From an uncultured virus (IMG/VR IMGVR_UViG_3300020148_000031) (Duplodnaviria > Heunggongvirae > Uroviricota > Caudoviricetes): a DNA stretch of 64,000 bases. The notes beneath the pieces were generated by a model. It saw nothing but the letters and a program-made list of their open reading frames with translations. It had not been told where the DNA came from and did no database searches. The position numbers and the translations under genes were made by a program. The stretch lies in IMG/VR virus record IMGVR_UViG_3300020148_000031. One strand, 5' to 3'. This document shows, in pieces, positions 10,504 through 20,482 of this stretch (positions within the stretch are counted from its first letter, which is position 1; the number at the start of each line of letters is the position of its first letter).

Positions 10504-11919
10504 TTAAACTGCAGGTTCAGCTTTAACAATCTTAGAGATAACAAAAGTTCTGAAATCATCAGCTTCATGATCAAAAGCATTGAATAATTCTTCACCTTTA
10601 ACAGACTGTTTTGGTGTAATAATGCGAGGCTTATTCTCACTGTTTCCATAAACAATAGAAACCTTAGTTCCATTAACAAAGGCAGATTCAAGAACATCTT
10701 GAACGTTTACATTATCTTTAACAATATCCACAGGCTTTTTTACCTCTGGAATATTGACAACACGAGAAACAGTATTATCAGAAAGATATTGAATTCGATC
10801 AGTTCTGAAAGATCTGTATTCTCCATCACTTAACAAGTCATTACCATCAATAAGCCACTTGTCCCATTGGTCAAGACGAACGATTCTTTCTTTCCCATTG
10901 TAACTGAAACGAATATTCTTATCCTTAGCAGCATGATCAAGAAGATCTTGAAGACTTGAAGGAGAGTATTCCCCCTCATCAAGATACTCGTTAACTTCAT
11001 CATCATCGAAATCATAATCATCTGAACCATAACGTGAAGAATAATAACTTTCATCATATTCAACCTCAGTTGATTCAAGAACCACATAACGGCAAGCGCG
11101 AAGTTTCTGAGCGTTACATTCAGTAGGAACAGAAACAACATCACGAGGATTCACTTTTACCGTGAGAAGAATTCCTTGAGCAAAGCCGTTAGCGTAACTA
11201 TAAGTACCAACATGAAGACCAGTTGAACAACCAACATGTGGGTCATTCTGAACAGATCCACGAGGCATTTCTACAGTGGCTCCGATAGGGTTAGGGATAT
11301 TTCCTTCATGAAGTTCTCCATTAACAACAGCAATACCCCTGTTAATTGAATGAGGTACTGAGCCAATAACTCTACAACCCTTATATCCAATGAAACAACC
11401 ATCGTCAGTTAATGTAAGGCCTTTACCATAAAGGTTTTGTGACATGATCCAGCTAAAGAGCTGTTCACGAACAAAAGCATCAGTATTTGAATAAAGGTTT
11501 TCAACAAATTTAGCGAATGCAGTCCAGCGAGCAGCATCTTTAGGGGTGTTTGATTCATTGAGCATTTTAAGGATGTGAGCTTCAAGAGCAGCATCAATAG
11601 GCTCAAGATCAACAAAAATCTTTCCGCCTTGAATTGCCATTCGTCCATCAAGAATATTATCAATCTTGACAAGTTTCTCATTAACCGTATCTACAAGATT
11701 AACATACTTATGAAGTAAAGCAGCGGCTTCATTATGAGTAACTTCAGAAGCCTTAATCTTTTCGACTACTTCAGAAGCACGTGACCAATTAGGATGATCA
11801 TCTGAGATTGAAAGTGAAGACACCTCCTCGCCTTCGCGTACAACAAAATTAATGCTCTTCTTACCTGAAAGAACATCATTAGGGATTGTTAATTCTAACA
11901 GTTCCATTTTCTTCCTCAT
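10504..11919 (-). CDS. rIIB: rIIB-like protein with two C-terminal WYL-like domains
   Basis: LTDDGCFIGYKG, VEMPR, CSTGLHVG..YA and VKVNPRDVVSVP..KLRACRY motifs; adjacent to rIIA-like gene. Confidence 0.8.
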   Translation of the reverse strand: MRKKMELLELTIPNDVLSGKKSINFVVREGEEVSSLSISDDHPNWSRASEVVEKIKASEVTHNEAAALLHKYVNLVDTVNEKLVKIDNILDGRMAIQGGKIFVDLEPIDAALEAHILKMLNESNTPKDAARWTAFAKFVENLYSNTDAFVREQLFSWIMSQNLYGKGLTLTDDGCFIGYKGCRVIGSVPHSINRGIAVVNGELHEGNIPNPIGATVEMPRGSVQNDPHVGCSTGLHVGTYSYANGFAQGILLTVKVNPRDVVSVPTECNAQKLRACRYVVLESTEVEYDESYYSSRYGSDDYDFDDDEVNEYLDEGEYSPSSLQDLLDHAAKDKNIRFSYNGKERIVRLDQWDKWLIDGNDLLSDGEYRSFRTDRIQYLSDNTVSRVVNIPEVKKPVDIVKDNVNVQDVLESAFVNGTKVSIVYGNSENKPRIITPKQSVKGEELFNAFDHEADDFRTFVISKIVKAEPAV

Positions 11920-11937
11920 TTCTCTTTTACTACTTAG

Positions 11938-14460
11938 TTATTTTACCACATTTTCAGCATTATAATCTTCGTTAAGAAGATTAACAAAACTTCGTATCGC
12001 TTCTTTTACAAGAGCGGAGTCTTTATCAATTTTAGATTTATCACGCATAAAACTCATTAAATTATAAAGAACTGAAGACTCAAAGTTTAAGTAATAATTC
12101 CTGTCAATTTTTTCAACTCTATTGTTAAAAACTTCAAAAGGCTTCTTGTATTCAGGGGTTAAGTAACTAGCATATTTTAACCTTAACTCGTAATTATTCC
12201 TACTAGAGAACGTGCTACTCTTTCTGTTCGAAAGATCAATAGTTTTAATAAAATTCTTTAGATCATTATTTTCAATTTGATCAAGACCAGAGTACCTCAA
12301 AAGTTCAATGAAGTTAAAAATATTTTGACGACTTGAATCCTGCATATTATCGAAAATGTTCTTAAAGATTTCCTGGGTTGTGATATCTTTTAGTTCAGAA
12401 TCAAGAATGATAGAATCATACACTTTCGTTTTTCTGATTTCTCTAAAAGACACACTATTCCTATTAAAGTCTGAAGAAATAATGATGTTATCATAGTTTT
12501 TAATAGCATTAAAATGAGCAGCCATTAATTGTTGAGAATAACCTATTTCAACATAGATATCTTTATCAGAAAGATCAATTCCAGAATTAATAGCTCCGTA
12601 GAGAGCTCTAACGTCAGAATTTGAGTTACCTGAAGATAGGAAAATAAAACTTTCATTCTTCATAATATCTTCGATTGTTACTTTAACTCTACCAAAAATT
12701 ATAAATTTTATTCCATCTTTGATAGTTTCTGGAGTAATTGAACCTTTTGGTACATGGACAAGATTCAGTGGTTCTGTAATTTTAATAGAAGGCTTAGATG
12801 AAGAGGTTTTATTGTTCTTACGCCAATCATTCATTTCAGAAATGAACTCATCAGCAGTCTTAATAACAACATTATCAGAGATAAGTGAAATATATTCTTT
12901 CTCACTCTTTGTAAGTCGTTTCTTATCAACTAAGAGTAAAATAAAAGAATTAATGCTATCTTTATTTTTAATAACAGACTTGTGATATGAGACTCTTGAA
13001 TGATTCTTTTTATTCACTCCAGTGATTACGTAGACATTCCTAGAATTATTATTTTTAGAGTTATTGACGTGGAAAAATTCTGCAAAAGAAAATTTATAAT
13101 AATTCTTGGTATCGAAAAAGTCAGAATTATGAAGACCGCTCACTTCAGTAATAGCAGGAACAGGACCTCTACTCCTATCATAATGTCTGTAAACTTCTGA
13201 CTTTTGAATAGTGGAGTACTTTTTAGAACGAGAATCATTTTTTATACCAAAGATGATTGATTCAGGGTTATTTTTTACATTTAAGTATGAAGTAATCGGA
13301 TTAAACCCATTTGAAAGAGTAAAATCTTTTTCTTCAAATGAGAACTTTGAACAAAGAATGAATTTTTTCTCATTAAGATCACTTCTTCTTATAACATTAT
13401 TTGCTACAATAAGAAGATCGTTGAGGATTCTTGCTGATTTTTTACTATCTTCATCAGAAGTAATTACTTCAATACTCTTTTGAACAACAAAGTCTCTAAT
13501 ATCTTCGGCAATATTAGTCTTAAGATTTTTCATGAAAGTATCAAATCGAGCATTCTTAGTAATTGAATCACGACCGCTAGAAAAATCAAGAACACCAGGT
13601 TTAAGTTCAATGTAGAGTCGCGCTCTATTGTAATAGTTCTCCAGCGGGCTCATGTAAAACCAACCAGATAGAATAAAACCAAATGATGGGATATACTGAC
13701 TGTTTGAAGAATTGCTAATAAGAGTAACAGCATCTTCTTTCTTCATAAAAATTCGACCAGTAGTTCCGGAATCTTCATCAAGAACAACCTCACCTAAAAG
13801 GTAAAGGGTATTAGAATAATCATAAATTTGACCGTCAATTTCAATAAGAGAGTCAAGTGAATAGTGACGATAAGAGTTAAGAGCTTCATCAAATCGAACC
13901 TTGTCTCCCATACGAACAGGAATAGTAACAAGAGTACCATTTGGCTTCTTAGTAGGGACAGATGAAAGAATCTTCGTAAAGTTTCCATTTTCCTTACGAG
14001 AAAGCTTGAAGAGTGTAGTAATTCCATCGCGAGTAGTCTCAACGGTGAATTCAGTGCAATATGAGAGAGGAGCCTTTGCTCCAAGACCATACGCACCAAT
14101 CTGAGTAAAATCGTTACCCTTAGTGCTTGCACCATATTGTGAATAAATCTTCTTAACAGTATCAAGGGACATTCCGACTCCCCAGTCCTGCACAATGAAT
14201 GACGGGTTAAGAAGAGTAGGAGTAGTTACCTTAATAGTCTTGCGTTCATCCTCTGGAACTAGAGCAGTAGCATCAAGAGCATTCGAAACAACCTCGCGGA
14301 CAGTTGCTGAAATAGGATCAGTATACATGTCAGTCAATCGAGAAATGATATGAGTCATTGCCTCAAGATTGACACCCATTGCAACTTCTTCAGAAGTTGT
14401 GTTAAAAATAATATTTTCAGTTTCGACCTGAGAGGAATTATTAGTCTTAGAGAGTGACAT
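11938..14460 (-). CDS. rIIA: rIIA-like protein (GHKL/HATPase N-terminus)
   Basis: MYTDP..VREVVSNALDA, VQDWGVGMS, YGASTK and IGAYGLGAKAP motifs. Confidence 0.8.
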   Translation of the reverse strand: MSLSKTNNSSQVETENIIFNTTSEEVAMGVNLEAMTHIISRLTDMYTDPISATVREVVSNALDATALVPEDERKTIKVTTPTLLNPSFIVQDWGVGMSLDTVKKIYSQYGASTKGNDFTQIGAYGLGAKAPLSYCTEFTVETTRDGITTLFKLSRKENGNFTKILSSVPTKKPNGTLVTIPVRMGDKVRFDEALNSYRHYSLDSLIEIDGQIYDYSNTLYLLGEVVLDEDSGTTGRIFMKKEDAVTLISNSSNSQYIPSFGFILSGWFYMSPLENYYNRARLYIELKPGVLDFSSGRDSITKNARFDTFMKNLKTNIAEDIRDFVVQKSIEVITSDEDSKKSARILNDLLIVANNVIRRSDLNEKKFILCSKFSFEEKDFTLSNGFNPITSYLNVKNNPESIIFGIKNDSRSKKYSTIQKSEVYRHYDRSRGPVPAITEVSGLHNSDFFDTKNYYKFSFAEFFHVNNSKNNNSRNVYVITGVNKKNHSRVSYHKSVIKNKDSINSFILLLVDKKRLTKSEKEYISLISDNVVIKTADEFISEMNDWRKNNKTSSSKPSIKITEPLNLVHVPKGSITPETIKDGIKFIIFGRVKVTIEDIMKNESFIFLSSGNSNSDVRALYGAINSGIDLSDKDIYVEIGYSQQLMAAHFNAIKNYDNIIISSDFNRNSVSFREIRKTKVYDSIILDSELKDITTQEIFKNIFDNMQDSSRQNIFNFIELLRYSGLDQIENNDLKNFIKTIDLSNRKSSTFSSRNNYELRLKYASYLTPEYKKPFEVFNNRVEKIDRNYYLNFESSVLYNLMSFMRDKSKIDKDSALVKEAIRSFVNLLNEDYNAENVVK

Positions 14461-14517
14461 ACTTTACCCTTCGTTGAATTCGTAATAATGATACTCTATC
14501 GTAAAAGAGAACAAAAG

Positions 14518-16284
14518 TCAATACTTTCTAGAAGCTTTTTTAATGCGATCACCTTGATATCTTAGATTCTTTTCTTCAACAAGGTATTTTTCAACTACAT
14601 CAACTTTTCCTTTTTCTATCATAGGGAAAACTACGTCTTCTGAATTCTTATTTTCATTTAGATTATTAAGTGGTTGTATTGGAGATTTATTTGCATTTAA
14701 TACCCATAAATCTTTTTTAGTAAGAGCGTCTTTAAAAGTGTGGTCTTCCCTAGAGTAAATTATTGATGGATGAACATCATCAGTATCTTCAATAACAAGA
14801 GAACCCCAAGTTTTTCTAAGTAGATTAGTCATAATACGATGATTCCACTCTTCAGGGACAACATATGTTGATGATAATCCGGTTTTCTGTCTATCATAAA
14901 CCTCAATAAGATTAATTTTTCTAAGCAATCTTAAGGCTGCGGAAACTCTTGACTTGTTCATCTCTAAATTATTTTCAAGAAAGTCATACGAAAGAACTAA
15001 ACGTTGGGCTCCAACGTTTGTTAAAGGTTGAATAACATTTTCAAATATTGAAAAAGCGTCTTTTACTTGTTGTGAATCATTAGTAAGTTTTCTTTGATTT
15101 TTCCTTAATTCTAAAATAACTTTCTCGGGGTCTAAAACCCTTGGGTTCACCTTACGGCGAAACTCTTTATTTCTTCTACTAATTATTCTATTCTTTACCT
15201 TGTATGAATTCTTTAAAGATATTTTCGCAAGATCATCTGCAATCTTTGATTCTTTTTCTGGATCTTTAAAACCACAATAAGGTCCATGATAAATATCTTC
15301 AGGTGTAAAATTCTCAATATCTCTAAGAAGAGTATCAAAAGAAATTTCTCTATTAGAAAAAGAATCTTTGTTAATAGAAAGATCTTCACATACTTTTGCT
15401 ATTGCGAAACTAGTATAACAACAATGCAGTGATGCTTTAACAAAAGCTCTTTTAGAGTGATAACTTGAATATGAAAGAGATTCTAACTTTTTCTTTAATA
15501 ATTCAAGATTCTTCCTATCAGGAACATCATTCTTAAGATTCCGTTCAACTTCTAGAAGTTGATTCTTCTCTCTTAACCTTTCTAGTTTTCTCTTATTCTT
15601 TTTCCTATTTTTAAATTCTACAACCTCTTGTAATTTTTGAACTGCTTGTGAAGTCATCATGATAGGAGCGGGGATATCATACCCTTTTTTGAAACCTACA
15701 GTCTCGTCAGCAATCCAATAATTCTCATGAAGAGATTCAGTTGAAAGTTCCCTTTTATGAACTTTACTACCTGGGCCAACAACATATCCGTTAGCAAGAC
15801 CACTTCTTACATCAGCATCAAGTAGAATCTTTTTCCCAGAAATTTCAGAAAATGCTTCACTATAACCTCTTAAAGAAGCACGAGGTAATGATTTTGCTAG
15901 TGAACTATCAACACTCCATGGATACTTGATGTAGACATGCAAGCCTCCAGTTTGAGTAACAACACCTAGAGATTTATAAAAATCTATATCTAAAAATTCA
16001 CTGAAGAAGTCTATTTGTTCTTTAACACTCGCCGCGCCTTTTCTGTGAAGATCGAAGTCGAAGATTAGTAATCTTTTTACTGGAATAATTCCGAAATTAC
16101 CCTTTCTGGGAATCTCTTGAAGTCGATTCTCCCTCTTATCAGAATATGCTCCGAATGGCATTTTAGAGTTAGAATAAAGTTTTAAATATTCAGCATCTTC
16201 TCCGAGAACTTGTTGTAATCTATCTCTATAATCTATCTCTGGGAGATCAAGAAAAAGATCAGGATCTTCCATGAAAGAATACAT
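14518..16284 (-). CDS. Bifunctional primase-polymerase domain plus C-terminal winged helix (Rep-like)
   Basis: NFGI..LLIFDFD, TQTGGLHVY and DVR...GYVVGPGS motifs; HTH-like LSYDFLENNLEMNKSRVSAALRLL. Confidence 0.65.
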   Translation of the reverse strand: MYSFMEDPDLFLDLPEIDYRDRLQQVLGEDAEYLKLYSNSKMPFGAYSDKRENRLQEIPRKGNFGIIPVKRLLIFDFDLHRKGAASVKEQIDFFSEFLDIDFYKSLGVVTQTGGLHVYIKYPWSVDSSLAKSLPRASLRGYSEAFSEISGKKILLDADVRSGLANGYVVGPGSKVHKRELSTESLHENYWIADETVGFKKGYDIPAPIMMTSQAVQKLQEVVEFKNRKKNKRKLERLREKNQLLEVERNLKNDVPDRKNLELLKKKLESLSYSSYHSKRAFVKASLHCCYTSFAIAKVCEDLSINKDSFSNREISFDTLLRDIENFTPEDIYHGPYCGFKDPEKESKIADDLAKISLKNSYKVKNRIISRRNKEFRRKVNPRVLDPEKVILELRKNQRKLTNDSQQVKDAFSIFENVIQPLTNVGAQRLVLSYDFLENNLEMNKSRVSAALRLLRKINLIEVYDRQKTGLSSTYVVPEEWNHRIMTNLLRKTWGSLVIEDTDDVHPSIIYSREDHTFKDALTKKDLWVLNANKSPIQPLNNLNENKNSEDVVFPMIEKGKVDVVEKYLVEEKNLRYQGDRIKKASRKY

Positions 16285-16343
16285 TTTAAGAGCTCCAAGT
16301 GTGAGGTTGTGAGACCTATCTTAACAAGAAGACCACTAATAAG

Positions 16344-16408
16344 TAGTTAGTTACTAACTATTTATAAAACTATTTATAAAGAATTTAAAAAACAAGCTTA
16401 TAAATAGT
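16344..16408. repeat. Palindrome plus three ACTATTTATAA copies upstream of prim-pol gene
   Basis: tagttagt-t-actaacta palindrome; tandem 12-mers at 16357-16368 and 16369-16380; inverted copy at 16398-16408. Confidence 0.5.
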
Positions 16409-16431
16409 ACCATGCTAAGTAAAGTCGGCAG

Positions 16432-17256
16432 TTAAGATTCAGCCTTTTGCTTTTCTACATAGAGGCTCTTATGAGAGGGGACGCTAGAGATAATTTCTGG
16501 AGGAAGATCAAGATCTATTCCAGTAATAATCATTCCTTTAATGTCTGTAATGCTTCCCCATTTTCTGAAATTCAAGTGATCAATGTAATAAAGGGGATTC
16601 TCTGGCTTCCCAAGTAACAACCGACCACGTTCAGTGTTAAGATTATAAGATCCATGAATCTGATCAAAAGGCATTGGTTCTAGAGCAGTAATCCACGATG
16701 GGTAAAGTTCCATGAAAGTATCAGCCCAAATAGGATTAGCGGAATAATTAGGAGGATTTCCTAATCTAAAAGAGGGGCCTTGATAAAGCGTTCGGGAGTA
16801 TTTTTCATTGAGTCTATCAGCAGCTTCTTCAGCTGTATCTGGTCTTCCAATAAGAACCCATTCTCCATAAGTAAGACCACCATGAGTGACAAGCCTTCCG
16901 CTTGAAGAACTAGCCGTCATCATACTTGGAGTATCGCCTAACCACGCGTCTCTTAAAATCTTCCTAGAGTTTTGATTAGTCCATTCTTCGGGATTATTAA
17001 GAGCAGCTATTTCGTTTGAACCAACAATCTGCACCCAATTTTCATCAGTAGCTCTATACATCAAAGTGTTACTAAGTATTGCTTCATTAGCGCCTTGCGT
17101 TTCTTTATCAGCTACGAATGGGTTACACCCAATAAGGTTTCCTAATTGAAAAATGTAATCTGATTGGTTACATACTTTTAAAACATCTTTCTTTAAAACC
17201 TTATATTGACCATTAAGGCTTGGAATAAAAGCTGTTCTGTCATATTCTACAGACAA
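16432..17256 (-). CDS. Calcineurin-like metallophosphoesterase fold, degenerate active site
   Basis: Motif spacing FIPSLNG / LGNLIG / VGSNE / VTHGG / QIHG matches DxHG / GDxxD / GNHE / HGG / GH, with substitutions. Confidence 0.55.
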   Translation of the reverse strand: MSVEYDRTAFIPSLNGQYKVLKKDVLKVCNQSDYIFQLGNLIGCNPFVADKETQGANEAILSNTLMYRATDENWVQIVGSNEIAALNNPEEWTNQNSRKILRDAWLGDTPSMMTASSSSGRLVTHGGLTYGEWVLIGRPDTAEEAADRLNEKYSRTLYQGPSFRLGNPPNYSANPIWADTFMELYPSWITALEPMPFDQIHGSYNLNTERGRLLLGKPENPLYYIDHLNFRKWGSITDIKGMIITGIDLDLPPEIISSVPSHKSLYVEKQKAES

Positions 17257-17264
17257 TTAAGGTC

Positions 17265-18479
17265 CTATCCTAAAAGTTTAAATAATTTCCCTACAAGAGA
17301 TCCGCTTTTTTCTTCAGCATCTCTATCATAAAGTTCGTTATCTATTTCTCTTTTATTATTTTTCTCGGATTTGATTCTTTCTTCGTGTTCTTTGAAGACT
17401 TTTTGAGTTTCAGAAATAAAATTGAAAGCAAATTCACTTTTTTCTTTTACTAATTCTGGAGTTTGCGAAAGCATGACATTTTGGGTAAAGTTTTTTACAA
17501 TATCTCGCGCTTGTTCAGGGCTAGAAATAACAGTTTTCTTCCTTGGTTCATCGCGGGTGTTTGTCATAATGCTGTATTCTCCATCTTCAACATTAATCGA
17601 CCACCAATTTGATGAAACCCCCGCTTCGCTATCCCAAAGTCTTATTTTTGTTTCTGGTTTTTCTGGGTAATATGGAGACAATCTTAAGCGTTCTTTAATA
17701 TGTTTTGGCCTGAAAGTAGAGTCATAATTTTGATTCACAATAATCTTTTGATCTTCATTTTTGAAGAATGAAAGACCCATTTCTTTTACTTTTTTAGCTG
17801 AATGGTTTTCATTTTCAACGGAATGTATAGTCGAAATGATTTTATCGCTCATATATTCTTGATTAAATTGTGTATTCTTCTCATCTGGGAACATTTTAGA
17901 AGCACCTAATCGAGCAAATTCATGAATTTTTAATTCCATTACTCTTCTATCGTGTTCATTTCTAAGTCTGAATTTTAATTCTTGCTCTGGCTTGTATTTA
18001 TCAGAAGGGTGAGATAATGTAACAGTCCATACCGGAATAACTTCTAAAGCAGCGTCAGACGTTTCAAAACTTCTTGCAAGTTTCATTGTAACGGCTTTTG
18101 ATGGATCAAGACCTAATGATTTTGGAGATAAGAAACTAAAATCCCTTGAGTAATTAACAAAAGTTAATTCACCTACAGAATTTTCTTTATTTTCAATTTC
18201 TTTAACAAGATGTCTATTTGCTACAACATCCCCTCTTTCAGCTCTTACTTTAAGTGAAGTTGTATTAAAAGGATCAAGGAATTTTTCTTTTTGTGCAAAA
18301 TAATCATCTTTTAATTTTTTATTATGAAAAGCAATATAATCTTGCCTAAAAGTTCCTTCGCTCTTTGTAGAAAAGTGGTCTGATTCTGCATATGGACATT
18401 TCCCAGTTCTAGCCTTACATGGTTTAGGTCCAGATTCAGTGATATGAAATTTTTGAGACATTGAATACATACACTCCAA
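17265..18479 (-). CDS. HCCH-leader protein, unknown cargo (likely start 18461 or 18470)
   Basis: KFHITESGPKPCKARTGKCPYAESDHF leader. Confidence 0.75.
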   Translation of the reverse strand: MECMYSMSQKFHITESGPKPCKARTGKCPYAESDHFSTKSEGTFRQDYIAFHNKKLKDDYFAQKEKFLDPFNTTSLKVRAERGDVVANRHLVKEIENKENSVGELTFVNYSRDFSFLSPKSLGLDPSKAVTMKLARSFETSDAALEVIPVWTVTLSHPSDKYKPEQELKFRLRNEHDRRVMELKIHEFARLGASKMFPDEKNTQFNQEYMSDKIISTIHSVENENHSAKKVKEMGLSFFKNEDQKIIVNQNYDSTFRPKHIKERLRLSPYYPEKPETKIRLWDSEAGVSSNWWSINVEDGEYSIMTNTRDEPRKKTVISSPEQARDIVKNFTQNVMLSQTPELVKEKSEFAFNFISETQKVFKEHEERIKSEKNNKREIDNELYDRDAEEKSGSLVGKLFKLLG

Positions 18480-18627
18480 TTAGCGCCGGATAATAGTTAT
18501 ATTAATACAACTATCAAAATGAGATTTCATAACGTTTTCTAAATAATAAGTAGAACACTTTAGTTTCGGCGCTAAGAGGTTTAAAGTTAATTAGTGTCGA
18601 GTGACAAACAAAAGGTGTCTAAATTGC

Positions 18628-18945
18628 TTAGAAAGCGGTTTGAGTTTTTAAGACCTTTCCAAAAAGTGCTCCCGCTACAAAAGTGTTTAAATGAAAAAGA
18701 CGAATATGCTCAAGATTTTTCCCAATTGCATCAAGGGCCTCCTTAGGAATTAATTTTTGATACTCGTCCTTGTATTCCTCTTCATCAAGAAATGGCTTTT
18801 CCATACCTATAGAGAATCCAGTTTTATATACAACTGATGCTAGATCAAAGAAACTTAAAACAGATTCCGAATTTTCGGACATGTGTAAAAGATGCGAGTA
18901 TTCAAATAAAAATTCTAATTGACAAATATCTAATTCTTCGTTCAT
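18628..18945 (-). CDS. Hypothetical protein
   Basis: ORF overlapping the upstream stop (ATGA coupling). Confidence 0.5.
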   Translation of the reverse strand: MNEELDICQLEFLFEYSHLLHMSENSESVLSFFDLASVVYKTGFSIGMEKPFLDEEEYKDEYQKLIPKEALDAIGKNLEHIRLFHLNTFVAGALFGKVLKTQTAF

Positions 18946-20003
18946 TCTAAATCCTTCATAAAAGTTAAAGCATAAGACAATGGGATAGTTTTATAAATAT
19001 CATTTTCTAGTTCCCCACTTAGAGCTTTAAGGAAAGAGAATAATTTAGTAAGTGTAAAAACTTTATTTTCTTTACTTAATTCGTAAATAAGAGTTTCAGT
19101 TTCTTCATTAGAGAAAAAAGTATTAATGAGAATAAGAGCAATTTCTTTTGATTCATTTGGAATAATTTCATTCAATTCTAAAATAACTTGACCTTTTCCA
19201 CTTTTGCAATTGAAGAATAACTCTTTATAAAGAGTATTAGTCTTTAAAAATTGCCTTATGTGTATTAAGAGGAATGAATTTATTTCTGGTGAATAATACT
19301 CTTTCAATGGATAATTAAGAATCTCTTTAGGGATTCTAAGAATTTCAAAAAGAGGAGTTGATGAAAACAAGCGCAAAGAATCATCAGATATTAAGAAATA
19401 AGCTAAAAGATTAGAGTCGCATTCTCTAGATAATTTAATTATCCCTAATTTAATAAAATCATTGAAGATAATATTAGTATCGCTATAAGTGATAAAAGCC
19501 ATAATAGTAAAATATTTTTTAATAATTGACGAAAAAGAAACTTCATCTTCTTTAATGTAATAAATAATACGTTTGCTATAACTAATAGCTGCTCTTAATA
19601 TGGAGTCTAGATCATCTTTATCAAAATGATTAAAATTTGTATTTTTAATGATGAATAATAATATATCTTTATATTCGTCAACTTCGAAAAGTAAATTACT
19701 TATGATAAAAGTGTTTATAGATAGGTTATGTCCGAAATCGTTAATCCAAATTGTAAGATAATCCAGAGTTTCTTCATATTCTATTGTAGAAAATATTTTT
19801 TTAATAAAAATAATAAAGTCTAAATTATTATTTAAAAAGAATTCATTATATTCTTTTGGGACTAAATATGATTCAGATGAGTTTTCACTTTTATAAGAAA
19901 TTATTTGTTTCTTTTTGTCATAAGTAAAAGAAATCTTTTTCTTATTCATGTCTACAACTTTAAATTGATCAAAAATAATCAATTCTTGATTTTTAAAAAA
20001 CAT
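18942..20003 (-). CDS. Hypothetical protein (very AT-rich)
   Basis: 353-aa ORF. Confidence 0.5.
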   Translation of the reverse strand: MFFKNQELIIFDQFKVVDMNKKKISFTYDKKKQIISYKSENSSESYLVPKEYNEFFLNNNLDFIIFIKKIFSTIEYEETLDYLTIWINDFGHNLSINTFIISNLLFEVDEYKDILLFIIKNTNFNHFDKDDLDSILRAAISYSKRIIYYIKEDEVSFSSIIKKYFTIMAFITYSDTNIIFNDFIKLGIIKLSRECDSNLLAYFLISDDSLRLFSSTPLFEILRIPKEILNYPLKEYYSPEINSFLLIHIRQFLKTNTLYKELFFNCKSGKGQVILELNEIIPNESKEIALILINTFFSNEETETLIYELSKENKVFTLTKLFSFLKALSGELENDIYKTIPLSYALTFMKDLE

Positions 20004-20017
20004 GAAAAAGCCCTATC

Positions 20018-20482
20018 TTATAATAAACTCCTTACATTCATTAATATTTTACCTAAGCGATTTTCTCCAACACCATTACTGACGCCCCAGATCCTGTCAC
20101 CCCAAGTATTACCTTCAATAAGTAAAGAGTCTCCAGTGAGTTTTAATTTTAAGCCGAGTTCTTTGTTCTGAAAATATTTATTTTTCTGTATTTTGAACAT
20201 AACATCAGAACTATTTTTTGACCAAGTATTAATATCAATAGATATCTTTCGACCTAAGCGTTTCGCTATGACTGGATTTTTATTTTTAATAATATCTTCT
20301 ATATAAAGATCTTTCTCCTCCATAGAAAGATTAGATACTACGATTTTAGCTGCCTGGAAAGAATGTTCTGCTGTTGGAAAAGTCCACATTTTATGATTCA
20401 GCCGAAGAGATATATCTGAAAAGTAAAAATTACTTAAAAAATAATATTCTCCTTTGAATGAATCAATGACTTTAGAGCTCAT
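20018..20482 (-). CDS. NADAR/YbiA family protein
   Basis: FLSNFY, FPTAEHSFQAAK, EGNTWGDRIWG and GENRLGKILMNVR motifs. Confidence 0.9.
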   Translation of the reverse strand: MSSKVIDSFKGEYYFLSNFYFSDISLRLNHKMWTFPTAEHSFQAAKIVVSNLSMEEKDLYIEDIIKNKNPVIAKRLGRKISIDINTWSKNSSDVMFKIQKNKYFQNKELGLKLKLTGDSLLIEGNTWGDRIWGVSNGVGENRLGKILMNVRSLL

